NCBI GenBank assembly: GCA_035270405.1
Contig: DATFIF010000068.1
Coordinates: 1-41,740, forward strand
Length of the DNA: 41,740 nt
Source of the DNA: Paludibacteraceae bacterium
GTDB lineage: Bacteria; Bacteroidota; Bacteroidia; Bacteroidales; Paludibacteraceae
Direction: 5' to 3'
Positions 27,456-35,651 of this stretch are shown here, one piece after another (position 1 is the stretch's first letter; the number at the start of each line of letters is the position of its first letter). The translations under genes and the position numbers were made by a program. The notes under the pieces are model-generated. The model made no database searches, was not told the DNA's origin, and was given only the letters and a program-made list of their open reading frames with translations.

Positions 27456-28727
27456 TCAACGATAAATTTTTAAACGTTGGCCTACTCGAATAAAAGAACT
27501 ATTTAAACCATTCCATTTTTTTATTTGTGAAACGGTAACACGATAACGTGCAGCAATAGCACCCAACGTGTCACCAGAACGCACTTTGTAATAAATGACA
27601 TCACCACTACCAGAATTGGCAGAACTCGTACTCATCGGCTCAACTTTGGCACGTTGTGGAATCAATTCTGCTGCACGATACAAGGCGATAGTATCTTGAT
27701 TATCCATGTAAGCTGATATCTGATTAAACGGCAAAACAAGCGGATAAGGCTTGATGTTACCAGGTATAATATCTTGACGATATTGTGGATTCAAAAATCT
27801 CAATTCATCCATAGAGATGTCTAAAATCTCTGATATTTGTTGTAAATTGATACGCTTATCAATCATAACCGTATCTGTAGAAATTGTAACTGTGGGTTGT
27901 GCTGGACACATATTATGAAAATTATAATAATTCATAATGTAGTTGGCAGCAATAAATATAGGAACATAACCGCGCGTTTCGCGGGGTAAGTAAGGATAAA
28001 TTTGCCAATAATCCTTTTTGCCACCACCCGCATGACGCATCGCTTTTGAAACATTCCCTGGCCCACAGTTATAAGCTGCAATCACTAAATGCCAATCTTG
28101 ATAAATATTATACAAATCACGAAGGTAACGCGCTGCTGCATCAGAAGACTTCATAGGATCGCAACGTTCATCAACTAAACTGTTGACTTCGAGATCGTAA
28201 ATACGTCCCGTAGCCACCATAAATTGCCACAATCCACCTGCTCCAGCTTTGGAGATAGCACGTGCATTCAAAGCTGATTCAATGACTGGTAAATATTTTA
28301 ATTCCAATGGAACATTATAGCGCGAAAGTGCCGATTCGAAAATAGGAAAATAGTAAGTTTCACCAATACCAAGCATATATTCAACTTGAGTTTGGCGTTT
28401 GGCAAAAACCTCTATCAAATTACGAACGATGCTATTGTAAGGCATTTCCATCACATAGGGCAACTTTTGCATTCGCTCAATATACACTTCATCAGCATAA
28501 GTAATGAATCCCGTATCTTTAGTACAATTGCCCAACATAGCATTCTGTAAATACCAATTATGAACAATTTCGTCTAAACTTTCATCAAATTCATAGGGAA
28601 TCGTGACAGTGGTATCCGATAAAACAGTGTTAACTGGTTGATTTGTATTTTTTACCGCTGTTTGTGAAAAAACGTGGCTAGTAATAGCTAATGAAAGCGT
28701 AGCAAAAAATAGTTTTGAAAAATTCAT
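27456..28727 (-). CDS. Lytic murein transglycosylase (SLT domain) with C-terminal LysM, MltD-like
   Basis: 423 aa. Signal peptide, SLT catalytic region (VIESALNARAISKAGAGGLWQFM...AAYNCGPGNV) and a terminal LysM (YYKVRSGDTLGAIAARYRVTVSQIKKWNGL). Confidence 0.88.
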   Translation of the reverse strand: MNFSKLFFATLSLAITSHVFSQTAVKNTNQPVNTVLSDTTVTIPYEFDESLDEIVHNWYLQNAMLGNCTKDTGFITYADEVYIERMQKLPYVMEMPYNSIVRNLIEVFAKRQTQVEYMLGIGETYYFPIFESALSRYNVPLELKYLPVIESALNARAISKAGAGGLWQFMVATGRIYDLEVNSLVDERCDPMKSSDAAARYLRDLYNIYQDWHLVIAAYNCGPGNVSKAMRHAGGGKKDYWQIYPYLPRETRGYVPIFIAANYIMNYYNFHNMCPAQPTVTISTDTVMIDKRINLQQISEILDISMDELRFLNPQYRQDIIPGNIKPYPLVLPFNQISAYMDNQDTIALYRAAELIPQRAKVEPMSTSSANSGSGDVIYYKVRSGDTLGAIAARYRVTVSQIKKWNGLNSSFIRVGQRLKIYR

Positions 28728-28760
28728 AATTTATTAGTGGGTATAATTTTTATCAGTGTA

Positions 28761-29441
28761 TTAAAAAATAGAAAAGTTCAGATGTATTCCGACACTTGGC
28801 TTGTTACTATTGGGAGTTTCGAGCACCGCAGGACTAACACGCATCGAAAGGTCTGGACTAATATCAAAATCAGCTAATTGGGCATCGACATAAGCGTCGA
28901 CCACAGTCAAGGCATAAAAAGCAACAGCTCCAACAATCGACAAATCACGATTGCGACGATAGGTGTTTTGTTTCGTTTTCATCAAGTTTTTTGCGTAACT
29001 CGAAGTTGGATCTGTACCATATGGTAGCAACTTCTCGTAGCTTTTTGTCGTAGGATCGGCATCCATAATATCACGGTAAGCTCGAGAATAATCACGGTAA
29101 TATTTCCCATTCCACGAAATAGCATACGTCAAACCGACCACGCCTCCATAAACAATCGGTACTTTCCAATATTTTCGGTTATAAATCTGACCTAAACCAG
29201 GAAAAATTAGTGCGTACCATAAACTCTTCTCAGCATTGGGTTTAAAAACTGGTGGATTCACTTTGGTTTTATTCACCAACCAATCAATCGACGAGTTCAA
29301 ACTATCAGCTAAAACTATGTTTTGCTCCTGCAACGTGTAATATGTACTATCCGTATTGGTAGGAATAGTATCCATCTGAACTGCCAACAATTTGGAAATA
29401 TTCAGCAACACAATTACAAAAAGCAAAACTAGCTTTTTCAT
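28761..29441 (-). CDS. DUF5683-like membrane protein conserved next to parAB in Bacteroidetes
   Basis: 226 aa. Signal/TM segment, then SLWYALIFPGLGQIYNRKYWKVPIVYGG, which I recall as the DUF5683 signature. It starts immediately after the parB stop (0-nt gap). Confidence 0.6.
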   Translation of the reverse strand: MKKLVLLFVIVLLNISKLLAVQMDTIPTNTDSTYYTLQEQNIVLADSLNSSIDWLVNKTKVNPPVFKPNAEKSLWYALIFPGLGQIYNRKYWKVPIVYGGVVGLTYAISWNGKYYRDYSRAYRDIMDADPTTKSYEKLLPYGTDPTSSYAKNLMKTKQNTYRRNRDLSIVGAVAFYALTVVDAYVDAQLADFDISPDLSMRVSPAVLETPNSNKPSVGIHLNFSIF

Positions 29442-30314
29442 TTAATGAGAGCCATTTTTAAAAATTTCTAGTATGCGCGCCAAATCCTCATTGGATTTAA
29501 AAGCAATAGTCATTTTGCCAGCTCCCGTTTCAGAACTTACAATAGCGACTTTTGCCTGTAGAAAAGCAATTGCCTGATTAGTAAGATGTGCGTATTTTTC
29601 GGTTAATTCAGCGTTTTTTTGAGTTTTTTTACGCGTCCCTGATTTTATTTCAGGCGATGATTTTACTAAATCTTCTGTGGCATGAACAGATAATTTATCC
29701 TCCAAAATCCGTTCATAAATAGCCAACTGATCGACAGCATTTTCAACTCCAGCCAATACACGAGCATGGCCCATATCAATTCGTTTATCTTTGAGTGCCA
29801 ATTGAATTCCAGCAGGCAATTTCAACAAACGTAAATAATTAGCAATAGTCGCTCGTTTTTTACCTACACGCTCACTCAAACCTTCTTGGGTCAGTTTATA
29901 CTCTTCCATCAACTTAAAATAGCTAAGCGCAATTTCAATCGCATTTAAATCTTCGCGTTGAATATTTTCTATCAAAGCCATCAATTGAACGTGTTGTTCG
30001 TCTTGAGCAGTTTTAATATATGCTGGGATTTTATCTAAACCAGCCAATTTAGAAGCGCGATAACGTCGTTCTCCAGCAATAATTTGATAGGTATTTTCAT
30101 CTAATTGACGCAACGTAATAGGCGATACAATACCCATTTCACGAATCGAATTGGCTAATTCTTCCAACGCCTCTTGATCGAAATGAGTACGAGGTTGATT
30201 GGGATTTGGTTCAATTTTAGAAAGTTCAATTTCATTAATGGAAGAACCGCCATCAGGTTTTATATCCGTATCAATCAAGGCACTCAAACCACGTCCTAAT
30301 GCTTGTTTTTTCAT
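29442..30314 (-). CDS. parB: Chromosome partitioning protein ParB (Spo0J)
   Basis: 290 aa. N-terminal LGRGLSALI, ParB box GERRYRASKLAG and an HTH (QEGLSERVGKKRATIANYLRLL). Confidence 0.95.
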   Translation of the reverse strand: MKKQALGRGLSALIDTDIKPDGGSSINEIELSKIEPNPNQPRTHFDQEALEELANSIREMGIVSPITLRQLDENTYQIIAGERRYRASKLAGLDKIPAYIKTAQDEQHVQLMALIENIQREDLNAIEIALSYFKLMEEYKLTQEGLSERVGKKRATIANYLRLLKLPAGIQLALKDKRIDMGHARVLAGVENAVDQLAIYERILEDKLSVHATEDLVKSSPEIKSGTRKKTQKNAELTEKYAHLTNQAIAFLQAKVAIVSSETGAGKMTIAFKSNEDLARILEIFKNGSH

Positions 30315-30328
30315 ATTATATCGTTAAT

Positions 30329-31093
30329 TTATTTACTTCGTTCGATTAATTCTTTCGCCAAGTCAAGGTAATTTTGAGCACCTTTACACTCAGCATCAAA
30401 TTGTAACACAGGTTGTCCGTAACTGGACGCCTCGCTCAATTTCACATTACGTTGAATCATTGTATTGAAAACCATATCACCAAAATGGTTTTTCACTTCA
30501 CTCGCTACCTGATTGGCGTGTCGCAAGCGAGCATCAAACATAGTCAACACAAAACCTTCGATGCGTAAGTTTGGATTCAATTTATTTTTCAATAATTTAA
30601 TCGTGTGCAGCAATTTTCCAATTCCCTCCAAAGCAAAATACTCACTTTGAACAGGAATAATCACAGAATTAGCTGCTGTAAGAGCGTTTAAAGTGATTAA
30701 CCCCAACGAAGGAGAGCAGTCAATAAAAATAAAATCGTAGTCGTCTTTTACTTCTGCCAAAGCGTTACGCATATGTACTTCACGGTCTTCAGCATCTACA
30801 ATTTCAATCTCTACGCCCACTAAGTTTATATCAGAAGGAATCAAGTCAAGATTCTCAACATCTGTTTTACTGATAGCATCTCTAGTAGAAATTGTATTGA
30901 TTAAACATTGATAAATGGTTTTTTCCTGTTTTTCAATATCAACACCCAAACCCGTTGAGGCATTCGCTTGAGGATCTGCGTCCACTAAAAGAATTTTTTT
31001 ACCAAGATGAGCCAGCGACGCTGCCAAGTTGATACTTGTTGTGGTTTTTCCAACCCCTCCTTTCTGATTAGCAATAGCAATAATTTTTCCCAT
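30329..31093 (-). CDS. parA: Chromosome partitioning ATPase ParA (Soj)
   Basis: 254 aa. Deviant Walker A NQKGGVGKTTT and typical Soj length and motifs (DADPQANA, IDCSPSLG). Confidence 0.95.
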   Translation of the reverse strand: MGKIIAIANQKGGVGKTTTSINLAASLAHLGKKILLVDADPQANASTGLGVDIEKQEKTIYQCLINTISTRDAISKTDVENLDLIPSDINLVGVEIEIVDAEDREVHMRNALAEVKDDYDFIFIDCSPSLGLITLNALTAANSVIIPVQSEYFALEGIGKLLHTIKLLKNKLNPNLRIEGFVLTMFDARLRHANQVASEVKNHFGDMVFNTMIQRNVKLSEASSYGQPVLQFDAECKGAQNYLDLAKELIERSK

Positions 31094-31096
31094 AAG

Positions 31097-32125
31097 TTAT
31101 TTTTTTTCGAGTATATAGGTTACTTTTTGTATAATTTTTTCCGAAGCGATTGATTCTAAACAGCGGTAATCGCCATATTTACATCTCTTTTCCTCGTGTG
31201 CTGTACACGGACGACACGAAAAATCAACACCGATACACGTATCAAAAGTTTGGTTCCATCCTAAAAATCCCGCATACGGATGCGTAGCTCCCCAAATAGA
31301 AATGACAGGCGTGGCGGTAAGTGCAGCCAAGTGCATATTAGCAGAATCCATGCTTACCATCACATCAAGTTCTGCCATTAAAGCTAACTCTTCGCCCAAC
31401 TTTAAGGATGTGTGAACTGCATAAACTTGTTTAAAAATGGTTTGCCAATCGCTTAATAGTTCATTTTCCATATCGCCAGCTCCAAATAAAAAAATCTTCG
31501 TATCTGGTTGACTATCAAAATGCCGAATCACATTTTTAATTTTACGTAATGGTAAAGTTTTGCCTCGAGCTATGGATAATGGAGCAACGCCAATCCAAAC
31601 ACCACTTTTTTTACCATAAACAGTTTCTACTTTGGCACGACATTTAGTAGAAGAAAGTGGTAGTTTTTCAAATTTAGTGTTGGTTTGAAGACCTGCTTTT
31701 GAAAAAACATCAGCATAACGCTCAAAAATCGTTTTCAACGGTTTATACCTATCGGCTCCCCGATGAATGAGTTGATATATTTCAGATAACTGTTTATCCA
31801 CAGTAAGCGTACGTTTACCCGACAAACTAAATAATCGGGTGATAAAACGACTTCGCCAAGATCCTTGTAAATCGATGACTACATCGAAAGGTGTTTTCTT
31901 CAGGTGTTTATAAATTTTGAATGCGCCCAACACGCCTTTATGCTCCGAACGAATATTAGCTCCCACAAAATCCACTCGTTCAAACGAATCGAATAAAGGA
32001 GACAAAAAAACTCTGCTCAAAACCGTAAAATGATGCTGAGGATAATTTCTGTCGAGCGAATCCAATAGCGGTACAATAGATGCAACGTTACTGATACCCG
32101 AAAAGCAGATAATTAATATATTCAT
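31097..32125 (-). CDS. Glycosyltransferase family 9 (heptosyltransferase-like)
   Basis: Start trimmed to MNILIICFSGISNV... (the GT9 N-terminal pattern MKILII.FS.IGD). C-terminal SMDSANMHLAALTATPVISIWGATHP motif. The stop lies 3 nt from the parA start. Confidence 0.8.
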   Translation of the reverse strand: MNILIICFSGISNVASIVPLLDSLDRNYPQHHFTVLSRVFLSPLFDSFERVDFVGANIRSEHKGVLGAFKIYKHLKKTPFDVVIDLQGSWRSRFITRLFSLSGKRTLTVDKQLSEIYQLIHRGADRYKPLKTIFERYADVFSKAGLQTNTKFEKLPLSSTKCRAKVETVYGKKSGVWIGVAPLSIARGKTLPLRKIKNVIRHFDSQPDTKIFLFGAGDMENELLSDWQTIFKQVYAVHTSLKLGEELALMAELDVMVSMDSANMHLAALTATPVISIWGATHPYAGFLGWNQTFDTCIGVDFSCRPCTAHEEKRCKYGDYRCLESIASEKIIQKVTYILEKK

Positions 32126-32202
32126 AGTTAACCAGTGTTTTAGCAAAAATAGGCGTTGAATTGCCCACATTCTGAAAAAAAAGTACCTAATCCTTCAGAT
32201 TA

Positions 32203-32210
32203 CAAAACTA
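32203..32210 (-). promoter_or_regulatory. -7 promoter box (TAGTTTTG) upstream of the GT9-parAB block
   Basis: Exact TAnnTTTG on the minus strand, immediately downstream of the preceding terminator and about 78 nt upstream of the ATG at 32125. Confidence 0.4.
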
Positions 32211-32212
32211 CG

Positions 32213-32240
32213 AAAAAAAAGCCAATCTAGGACCGGCTTT
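32213..32240 (-). terminator. Probable rho-independent terminator after the GT-B glycosyltransferase gene
   Basis: The minus-strand RNA AAGCCGG-UCCUAGA-UUGGCUU forms a 7-bp stem including 2 G.U pairs and is followed by U8. This is weaker than the other terminators in the window. Confidence 0.4.
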
Positions 32241-32283
32241 TATAGGTTTTTTGATAATTTAATCAAATATGGGATGAATTCAC

Positions 32284-33303
32284 TTAAATCTGGTCTTGAT
32301 GAATAACAGTAAAGCCAAGATGTTTCATATTTTCTGCCAAATATTCTTGCTCTGTTTGCCCCGGAGTTGGTATTAAAATAGCCTTTTTATCGAGCGAAAC
32401 CAAATCCATTAACGTAGAATAACCTGATCGACAAATGATTCTAGGTGTAGAATTGATGAGTCTTTGTAACGTTGGTGTATCTAAATGAGATAACAATTTT
32501 ACATTGAAAATATTGACTTCTTCTCCGTTTTGTGAAGGAACGCCACGTATAATGAGTGATGGAAAAAGACTTTTTTGTAAATACTTAATCAATTTATTCT
32601 CTAAAATCGAACGATGTGGCTCTGGACCAGAAAGCATCGCAATTGTTTCGTACGGTGAGTTTTCATGAACGGGCAATTGCTTAGTAAAACGTGATAAAAT
32701 ACCGATGAAACGCCCATTTTTAGGGAGTGGATATTTGTGAGTTAATTCACCCGTCAGATTTCGAGCGTCCGATAAATCTGGAATCCAACAGGTATCGTAA
32801 CGTTTTATAAAAGAGCGATGTAATGACCAAACAAATCGCTCTAAAAACTTCCATTTAATCGGCATTTTTACAACTAATTGATGCGTCATATAAATGGAAT
32901 AAACTCGCTTATTCCAAAGTCCAAAACGATTATCAGAAATCACAGTATCAATCTGCTGATCAACGCAAAGTTTCTTTATGTAACGGTGCTCTTTAATAAT
33001 CCCTCTTAGAAATTGAGGGAGTTGTGACAACATCGCCTGAAACTGCTCGCCATCACGAGCATACTTCACTTGAATACCATCAAACTGTATGGTTGGCAAA
33101 TGTGGAAACTCCTGCTTTAAAAACTCCAAAGGGAAACCTTCGGCTGCCAATAAAATAGATTTTCCTCGTGCTTCTAAAGCTTTTATAATGGGCACGCAGC
33201 GCGACGCATGTCCTAATCCCCAATTAAGTGGACAAACTAAAATTCGCTGTCCTGGAACTGCGTCCATTGCTTCATCAAAAAGTATATGTTGTTCCAAATC
33301 CAT
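32284..33303 (-). CDS. GT-B fold glycosyltransferase (GT1/GT28-like, MJ1255-type)
   Basis: 339 aa. The N-terminal NWGLGHASRC motif is the G-x-G-H loop of MurG/UDP-glycosyltransferase-like enzymes. The C-terminal SGYSTLMDL...PGQTEQEYLA is the nucleotide-sugar binding region. Confidence 0.7.
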   Translation of the reverse strand: MDLEQHILFDEAMDAVPGQRILVCPLNWGLGHASRCVPIIKALEARGKSILLAAEGFPLEFLKQEFPHLPTIQFDGIQVKYARDGEQFQAMLSQLPQFLRGIIKEHRYIKKLCVDQQIDTVISDNRFGLWNKRVYSIYMTHQLVVKMPIKWKFLERFVWSLHRSFIKRYDTCWIPDLSDARNLTGELTHKYPLPKNGRFIGILSRFTKQLPVHENSPYETIAMLSGPEPHRSILENKLIKYLQKSLFPSLIIRGVPSQNGEEVNIFNVKLLSHLDTPTLQRLINSTPRIICRSGYSTLMDLVSLDKKAILIPTPGQTEQEYLAENMKHLGFTVIHQDQI

Positions 33304-33312
33304 TTTTTTGAA

Positions 33313-34080
33313 TTAAAAAGTTACTTGTGTCGCAATCCCTAATGCTTCAACTCGCTTGGCAATAGCTGATAGAGTTTCGGCATCCGCTTTTTTAAGATTT
33401 TTAGCAGGAGTGGCGCGATCTAAAGAGTATATCATTACATGTTGAGGACGGATACGCTTGAGTGCGGCCAACCACGCAATAATTTCATTTTCAGTCGTAT
33501 TATCGATGTGATGACCATTGTAATCACCACTAAAAAAAAGCGTTTGGATAATTAATTGCCCTTTAAACTTCTCTAATTGGGAAATGGTTTCATCGATAGA
33601 AAAATTTGGCGTGTTGGGCTGATTGATAAGTTTTGCAGTCGCCGAAATAGCTGAATCAAGTTTCAAAATATTATTATCCACCTTCAATAAGGCTTCGAAA
33701 ACTTCTGGTTTATAAATGCGCGTAGAATTAGAAAGTACGCTCACTTTAGCATCGGGAAAATAGAGATTACGTAAACGAATCGTATCATCGATAATGGAAT
33801 TAAAATCAGGATGTAAAGTGGGTTCGCCATTGCCTGCAAAGGTAATGACATCTAAAGGTTCTTTATTGCTGAGTAACATTTGTAACTTTAGCTCAAGCAG
33901 CTCAGCTACTTCGATTCTGGTTGGAACACGAGCGCCTTCATGAGTAAAATTAAATCCGCATTCGCAATATACACAATCAAAAGAACAGATTTTAGCAGTG
34001 GTAGGCAATAAATTAACACCTAATGAAGCGCCTAAACGACGACTATGAATCGGACCAAAAATAGTTTCGTTAAACAACAT
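33313..34080 (-). CDS. Radical SAM protein of unknown function (small, single 4Fe-4S motif)
   Basis: Start trimmed to ATG 34080 (MLFNETIFGPIHSRRLGASLGVNLLP...). CSFDCVYC is a CxxxCxxC cluster motif, and GNGEPTLHP is a SAM-binding GGE-like motif. There is no SPASM or other accessory Cys cluster. A -7 box lies inside the longer ORF-track extension. Confidence 0.8.
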   Translation of the reverse strand: MLFNETIFGPIHSRRLGASLGVNLLPTTAKICSFDCVYCECGFNFTHEGARVPTRIEVAELLELKLQMLLSNKEPLDVITFAGNGEPTLHPDFNSIIDDTIRLRNLYFPDAKVSVLSNSTRIYKPEVFEALLKVDNNILKLDSAISATAKLINQPNTPNFSIDETISQLEKFKGQLIIQTLFFSGDYNGHHIDNTTENEIIAWLAALKRIRPQHVMIYSLDRATPAKNLKKADAETLSAIAKRVEALGIATQVTF

Positions 34081-34101
34081 AATTTTAAATTTTTGATGGT
34101 G

Positions 34102-34109
34102 CAAACATA
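34102..34109 (-). promoter_or_regulatory. -7 promoter box (TATGTTTG) for the radical SAM / glycosyltransferase pair
   Basis: Exact TAnnTTTG on the minus strand, 22 nt upstream of the ATG at 34080. Confidence 0.45.
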
Positions 34110-34258
34110 CCTCTTTTTGTTCGATTAAACGTTTGATTTTTATGAATGTTATAAACAATTCATTGAAAGCAAAACAGAAAATACCATTATTTAGGATAAA
34201 AAACGAGAGCCATTACGAGGAAAGATAGATTCTATTTTGTTGAAAACAAAAAGAATAA

Positions 34259-34657
34259 CTAGTTCATTGTACGTCTTTCAGAAATAATCAGCAGAGCTTC
34301 CTCACGTAATTCTGCAGGCAAATTTATATTGCGTAACTGTAAACTACGCACCCAGCCCGCCACATCTTGTTCATCCAAAGTGTAAAAGACATGTTCAAGC
34401 ATTTGTACCTCTTTGGTAGTAAAATTTTCAACTGATTTCCCTCGAAGTATGTCAAGTTCTTCATCATCGAAATATATAATTTCATCCGTGGCTGACAATA
34501 GACTATCTCGTTCACAAACTTCGTGGGCGCCGCAACAATCATCTGGAATTTCGATAGGTAACTCTTCGTCTTGGTGGGGTTTGGATTTTACAATAAGGAA
34601 AACTAGCCACAAAATTGCAGCTAAGCCCACACTACCAATTAAAATCCAAATTATCAT
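34259..34657 (-). CDS. Membrane-anchored protein with a CCx4C motif, unknown function
   Basis: 132 aa. One N-terminal TM helix (IIWILIGSVGLAAILWLVFLIV), then DDCCGAHEVCERD and an acidic, helical cytoplasmic domain (IYFDDEELD...). The start lies 4 nt after the stop of the upstream N-acyltransferase gene. Confidence 0.7.
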   Translation of the reverse strand: MIIWILIGSVGLAAILWLVFLIVKSKPHQDEELPIEIPDDCCGAHEVCERDSLLSATDEIIYFDDEELDILRGKSVENFTTKEVQMLEHVFYTLDEQDVAGWVRSLQLRNINLPAELREEALLIISERRTMN

Positions 34658-34661
34658 AGGT

Positions 34662-35621
34662 TTAGAATAGTTTTGTGTTTTCCTCTAAACGGGATTGAAT
34701 AAATGTTTCGACATACCGATCTCGTTTAGCGTCATAAATATCATCAATCGTAATAATCATACCCGTATCATAAATATTCCCAAAATCAGCGTCTTGAGCC
34801 GTGCCATACGTCTGCATACTTGATGATAATTTGATGTAAGCATGAATGAGTGGAGGAATAGCCTCTTTTTGTTCTTTGACATAATTATTCAACAAACGGA
34901 AGTTGTCTTTAGGATCGACTTCAGTAAAATAATCATCAAACTTCTTTTGCAATTTTTCGGGAACAAATAAAGGTGTTTTCGGAACTATCATATTGGATTC
35001 ATTGCCGAAAAACTTGCTCATAAAATAGATGATAGCATAGCGCGCCTCCTCCTTCATTTGCGGATAAATGGTAACTTTACCGAGTAAATATTTGACATCA
35101 TCTATTAACGCTATGAGCGCACCAATTCCATCCCACAAGTTATCTAAAGCAAAAAGGCTTTTTACTCCCATTTGCGACGATTGATATTTGGGCTGTACAA
35201 AAGCACGAGCCATCTCCATGGTAAATGGCAAATAATTGTCGATGAATTCGGGTGAAAAATCAAATAAGTGCTCTATAGCCATCTGTGGCTGACCGTTCGG
35301 TTTTATCACCGCATTTTTGCCTTGAAAGAAACGGTATCCACCAATAATTTCGTCAGCTTCTGGATTCCAAACAATCAGTTGTTCGTAAGGAATATCAAGA
35401 TAATCAAACTCATCCGTGTCAATCTCCTTCCCACTTCCACCACCGGCTGTGCGGAACGACAATTCACGCAAACGTCCAATCTCAAGCATGGTGTTTGGTG
35501 CATTGTGAGCATTAACAACGTAAATTTCATTATTTGCTTTATTAGTTTTACGTAATAATCGCTCAATAGTCAACTCCTCTTTAATCAGAGTTGCTGAGAT
35601 AGGGGCAATAATATTTTTCAT
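34662..35621 (-). CDS. N-acyl amino acid synthase (OlsB/GlsB-like GNAT N-acyltransferase), paralogue 1
   Basis: 319 aa. The EIGRLRELSFRTAGGGSGKEIDTDEFD block and the later SLFALDNLWDG block match what I recall of COG3176 'hemolysin-like' N-acyltransferases (the commendamide/glycine-lipid synthase family). Adjacent to a paralogue and a PlsC-like O-acyltransferase. Confidence 0.7.
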   Translation of the reverse strand: MKNIIAPISATLIKEELTIERLLRKTNKANNEIYVVNAHNAPNTMLEIGRLRELSFRTAGGGSGKEIDTDEFDYLDIPYEQLIVWNPEADEIIGGYRFFQGKNAVIKPNGQPQMAIEHLFDFSPEFIDNYLPFTMEMARAFVQPKYQSSQMGVKSLFALDNLWDGIGALIALIDDVKYLLGKVTIYPQMKEEARYAIIYFMSKFFGNESNMIVPKTPLFVPEKLQKKFDDYFTEVDPKDNFRLLNNYVKEQKEAIPPLIHAYIKLSSSMQTYGTAQDADFGNIYDTGMIITIDDIYDAKRDRYVETFIQSRLEENTKLF

Positions 35622-35651
35622 AATTAACTAATAATTTAATTACGAGAATTT

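Noticed and set aside
4325-31093. The possibility that the window spans the replication origin, since rpmH, yidC and parAB are classic ori-proximal markers.
   Set aside because: There is no dnaA, dnaN or gidA/mnmG, and I saw no cluster of TTATCCACA-type DnaA boxes in any intergenic region. The marker genes are scattered among unrelated operons, as is usual in Bacteroidota.
34081-34158. N-terminal extensions in the ORF track: radical SAM 34081-34158, PASTA protein 4185-4232, fabF 12959-13027 and GT9 32126-32170.
   Set aside because: Internal ATGs reproduce the canonical family N-termini. The extensions either contain a consensus -7 promoter box (34102-34109, 4222-4229) or overlap the upstream gene (fabF over acpP). 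The GT9 trim is the least certain of the four.
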